Origin: Oscillospiraceae bacterium
GTDB lineage: Bacteria; Bacillota; Clostridia; Oscillospirales; Oscillospiraceae
Direction: 5' to 3'
Length of the DNA stretch: 37,404 nucleotides
Assembly (NCBI GenBank): GCA_041891555.1
Contig: JASDTK010000026.1
Location: 1-37,404, forward strand
Position 1 is the stretch's first letter, and every line of letters begins with the position of its first letter. The notes beneath the pieces are model-generated. The model worked only from the letters and a program-made list of their open reading frames with translations. It did not search any database and was not told the DNA's origin. The translations under genes were made by a program, and so were the position numbers. This document shows positions 35,279-37,404 of the stretch, piece after piece.

Positions 35279-35480
35279 TATGAGGCCTCGATTGAAAAAC
35301 CTATGCACCCGTCTTTTCGCCGAATTTAGTGTCGGACTGCGTTAAAATTTCTTGCCATAAACAAATTATGCCTGCAAAATTTTGCCTTGCCCGACGCAAA
35401 ATTCTTCAGAAAATCCAAGTACATTGATTTTTCAAACAAGGCCTAAATGTGAGTTATGAAAAAACTTTAAAGGAGAAAAA

Positions 35481-36332
35481 ATGAAAACTGTAGTTATAAC
35501 CGGCGCCACTTCAGGCATCGGTCTGGCAACTGCACGCAAATTTGCGGGCAAAGACTATCATATTATCGGCATCGGACACAGCAAAAGCAATTGTGACAAG
35601 GCGCGCGAGCTGATTTTATCCGAAAACCCCGAAGCAAAAATCGTATACTTTGCGGTAGAGCTCATGCAGCAGCGCGAGGTGTTAAGAATTGCCTCAGAGC
35701 TTGAAAAATACATTTCCGAAAACTGCGGAGGCGAGCTCTGGGCACTTATAAATAACGTCGGCGGAGTGCGCAGCATGTACACCACGACCGAGGAGGGCTA
35801 TGAGCAACAATTCGCGCTCAACCATCTCGCGGGCTTTATGCTCACAAACAGGCTTCTGCCCTTTATCGAAAAGGCGCACGGGCGCGTAATAATGACGGGG
35901 AGCAACTCGCACAAGGGTATAAAAATGCACTGGGACGACCCGATGCTTAAAAAAGGCTACAATACGCTTACCGCTTACAAGCAGGCGAAGCTCTGCAACA
36001 TTCTTTTCGCGAAGGGACTGAACGACAGGGGCGTGCGCGCTTATACAGTCGACCCCGGGCTTGTGAATACGGATATCGGAAACAAGCAGACCGGAGGAAT
36101 TGTCAATCTTATCTGGTCGCTGCGCAAAAGACATGGCGTGCTTCCGGAGATTCCGGCGGAAACCTACGCGTATCTTTGCGAGCAGGAGAGAGCGCCGGAA
36201 GGACTTTACTATTATCTCTGTCATGAGCAAAAGTTCAGCGGAGAGGTGACAACGGAAAACGCAAACAGGCTTTTTGAGCTGAGCGAGAAGCTCTGCGGTA
36301 TAAAATACCGCGATTTGGTGGTGGAGTTATGA
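35481..36332 (+). CDS. SDR family oxidoreductase
   Basis: Cofactor motif TGATSGIG, NNVG, and catalytic YKQAK. Confidence 0.88.
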   Translation: MKTVVITGATSGIGLATARKFAGKDYHIIGIGHSKSNCDKARELILSENPEAKIVYFAVELMQQREVLRIASELEKYISENCGGELWALINNVGGVRSMYTTTEEGYEQQFALNHLAGFMLTNRLLPFIEKAHGRVIMTGSNSHKGIKMHWDDPMLKKGYNTLTAYKQAKLCNILFAKGLNDRGVRAYTVDPGLVNTDIGNKQTGGIVNLIWSLRKRHGVLPEIPAETYAYLCEQERAPEGLYYYLCHEQKFSGEVTTENANRLFELSEKLCGIKYRDLVVEL

Positions 36333-37024
36333 ACGTATTTATAACAGGAGCAAGCGGCGGACTCGGACGGGCGATTGCTACGGAATGCGCGTCCCGCGGC
36401 TATAAGCTCTTTCTAACGGATGTAAACGAAGCGGGGCTGCGCTCCCTGCAGCAGGGGCTTGAGCGCCAATTCGGCGCCTGTGTCACGACCCGCGCCTGTG
36501 ACATTACGAAGGACGAGAGCGTCGATGAGATGCTTGCGCTGATAGATGCAAGCGGTCTCCGCTTTGATATGCTTTTCAATATTGCGGGCATTGATTACGA
36601 GGGCAGCTTTCTCGAACGCGAACGCGGCAGCGTCGTAAAAATCGTCTCGCTGAATGTCGAGGCAACTCTCAGAATAACTCACGCGATTTTGTCGCGCCGC
36701 AGAGAAGGCAGAGCTTTTTCGCTCGTTTTCGTTTCGAGCCTTGCGTCGCTTTATCCAATGCCACTCAAGGCGACCTACGCCGCTTCCAAGCGTTTTTTAA
36801 CGGATTTTGCCGAGGCGCTCAGACAGGAACTTAAATCGCAGAACGTCAAGGTGCTGACACTGTGTCCGGGCGGACTTCCAACAACAGAAGAGGCGATTAG
36901 CGGGATAAACGCCCAGGGCTTCTGGGGCAGCGTCACGACGAACAGGCTCGAACAGGTCGCGTTTGAAACGGTCGAAAAGGTACAGGGACGAGCGGGACTC
37001 TATATCCCCGGAGCGGTGAAATGA
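36329..37024 (+). CDS. SDR family oxidoreductase, apparently C-terminally truncated by an in-frame TGA
   Basis: TGASGGLG and catalytic YAASK. The ATGA overlaps the upstream SDR gene. The same frame stays open from 37025 to TAG 37133-37135. Confidence 0.8.
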   Translation: MNVFITGASGGLGRAIATECASRGYKLFLTDVNEAGLRSLQQGLERQFGACVTTRACDITKDESVDEMLALIDASGLRFDMLFNIAGIDYEGSFLERERGSVVKIVSLNVEATLRITHAILSRRREGRAFSLVFVSSLASLYPMPLKATYAASKRFLTDFAEALRQELKSQNVKVLTLCPGGLPTTEEAISGINAQGFWGSVTTNRLEQVAFETVEKVQGRAGLYIPGAVK

Positions 37025-37126
37025 ACGCTGTCCTTCCTGGGAAAGCTTCTGCCGCGATCACTTATCGCCGCTATAATCTCTAAAAGATGGAGCGGCGCTC
37101 AGGAAAAGTGGCTGTGTACGGAAAAC

Positions 37127-37161
37127 GCCAAATAGCCGGTTACGGCTATTTGGCATTTTTA
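37127..37161 (+). terminator. Intrinsic terminator
   Basis: GCCAAATAGCCG-GTTA-CGGCTATTTGGC followed by ATTTTTA. It sits between the SDR gene and the convergent mnmA. Confidence 0.8.
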
Positions 37162-37163
37162 TG

Positions 37164-37404
37164 TCACTCTATAGTTCCTCCGCCGATGATGATGTCGCCG
37201 TCGTAAAACACAGCGGCCTGACCAGAGGTCACGGCGCGCTGAGGCTCACGGAATATGACCTGTATCCTGCCGTCATCAAGCGGGCAAAGGACGGCGGGAG
37301 CTTCCGTCTGGCTGTAGCGCGTTTTAACACAGGCCGCTATGGGCTCAGTTATTGTTTCTACGGATATAAGGTTAAGGTTCTTCACCGTCATGCTGTCGCT
37401 GTAC
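37164..37404 (-). CDS. mnmA: C-terminal part of tRNA 2-thiouridine(34) synthase MnmA (5' end outside window)
   Basis: The frame is open to the window edge. The C-terminal sequence RAVTSGQAAVFYDGDIIIGGGTIE is characteristic of MnmA/TrmU. Confidence 0.8.
   Translation of the reverse strand, partial: YSDSMTVKNLNLISVETITEPIAACVKTRYSQTEAPAVLCPLDDGRIQVIFREPQRAVTSGQAAVFYDGDIIIGGGTIE

Noticed and set aside
37022-37024. Selenocysteine decoding of the in-frame TGA in the SDR gene
   Set aside because: I could not draw a SECIS-like hairpin immediately downstream. The position is in a C-terminal helix, not a redox site. Nonsense mutation or readthrough are more plausible.
1-37404. Window-wide look for CRISPR arrays, tRNA/rRNA genes, IS elements, transposases, integrases, phage genes and known defence-system genes
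   Set aside because: I found no repeat-spacer periodicity, cloverleaf-like tRNA candidates, or ORFs with recombinase or transposase motifs. The only repeat of note is the comM 5' duplication reported above.

Overview
This 37.4 kb window looks like a Gram-positive, Clostridia-like chromosome: GGAGG ribosome-binding sites, T-box control, a maf-mreC-mreD-PBP2-mgsA gene order, and roughly 55-65% G+C in core genes. All product calls come from motifs read in the supplied translations; no database search was possible.

Most of the window is housekeeping:
- cell-shape genes, hisS-aspS, comM/yifB, thiI, cinA and a phosphoribosyltransferase
- tadA, mntP, lepA and htrA
- an ACT-hom-lysC operon, capA, asnB and a partial mnmA

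I saw no rRNA, tRNA, CRISPR array, transposase or integrase.

The points most worth a second look are:
1. A c-di-GMP-I (GEMM-I) riboswitch on the minus strand at about 17972-18060. It has its own intrinsic terminator and sits in what the ORF track treats as spacer. It lies directly upstream of a monocistronic TadE/TadG-like protein with nine [IL]T[VFIM]NGS repeats and no tad locus nearby.
2. A divergent direct duplication of about 111 nt covering the comM RBS and first 32 codons (84% identity, mostly synonymous differences). It brackets a single low-GC GNAT gene, which looks like an integrase-less cassette insertion into the 5' end of comM.
3. A complete tryptophan (UGG) T-box leader in front of a three-gene ABC transporter.
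4. An SDR gene whose frame continues sensibly for 36 codons past an in-frame TGA, ending inside the terminator stem.
5. A PadR-HAAS(DUF1700) pair with a candidate operator, plus a second HAAS gene that has no PadR partner.
6. Several perfect palindromes overlapping predicted promoters.

A run of small-molecule-modifying enzymes (GNAT, VOC, CAT, Nudix) is packed directly behind aspS.
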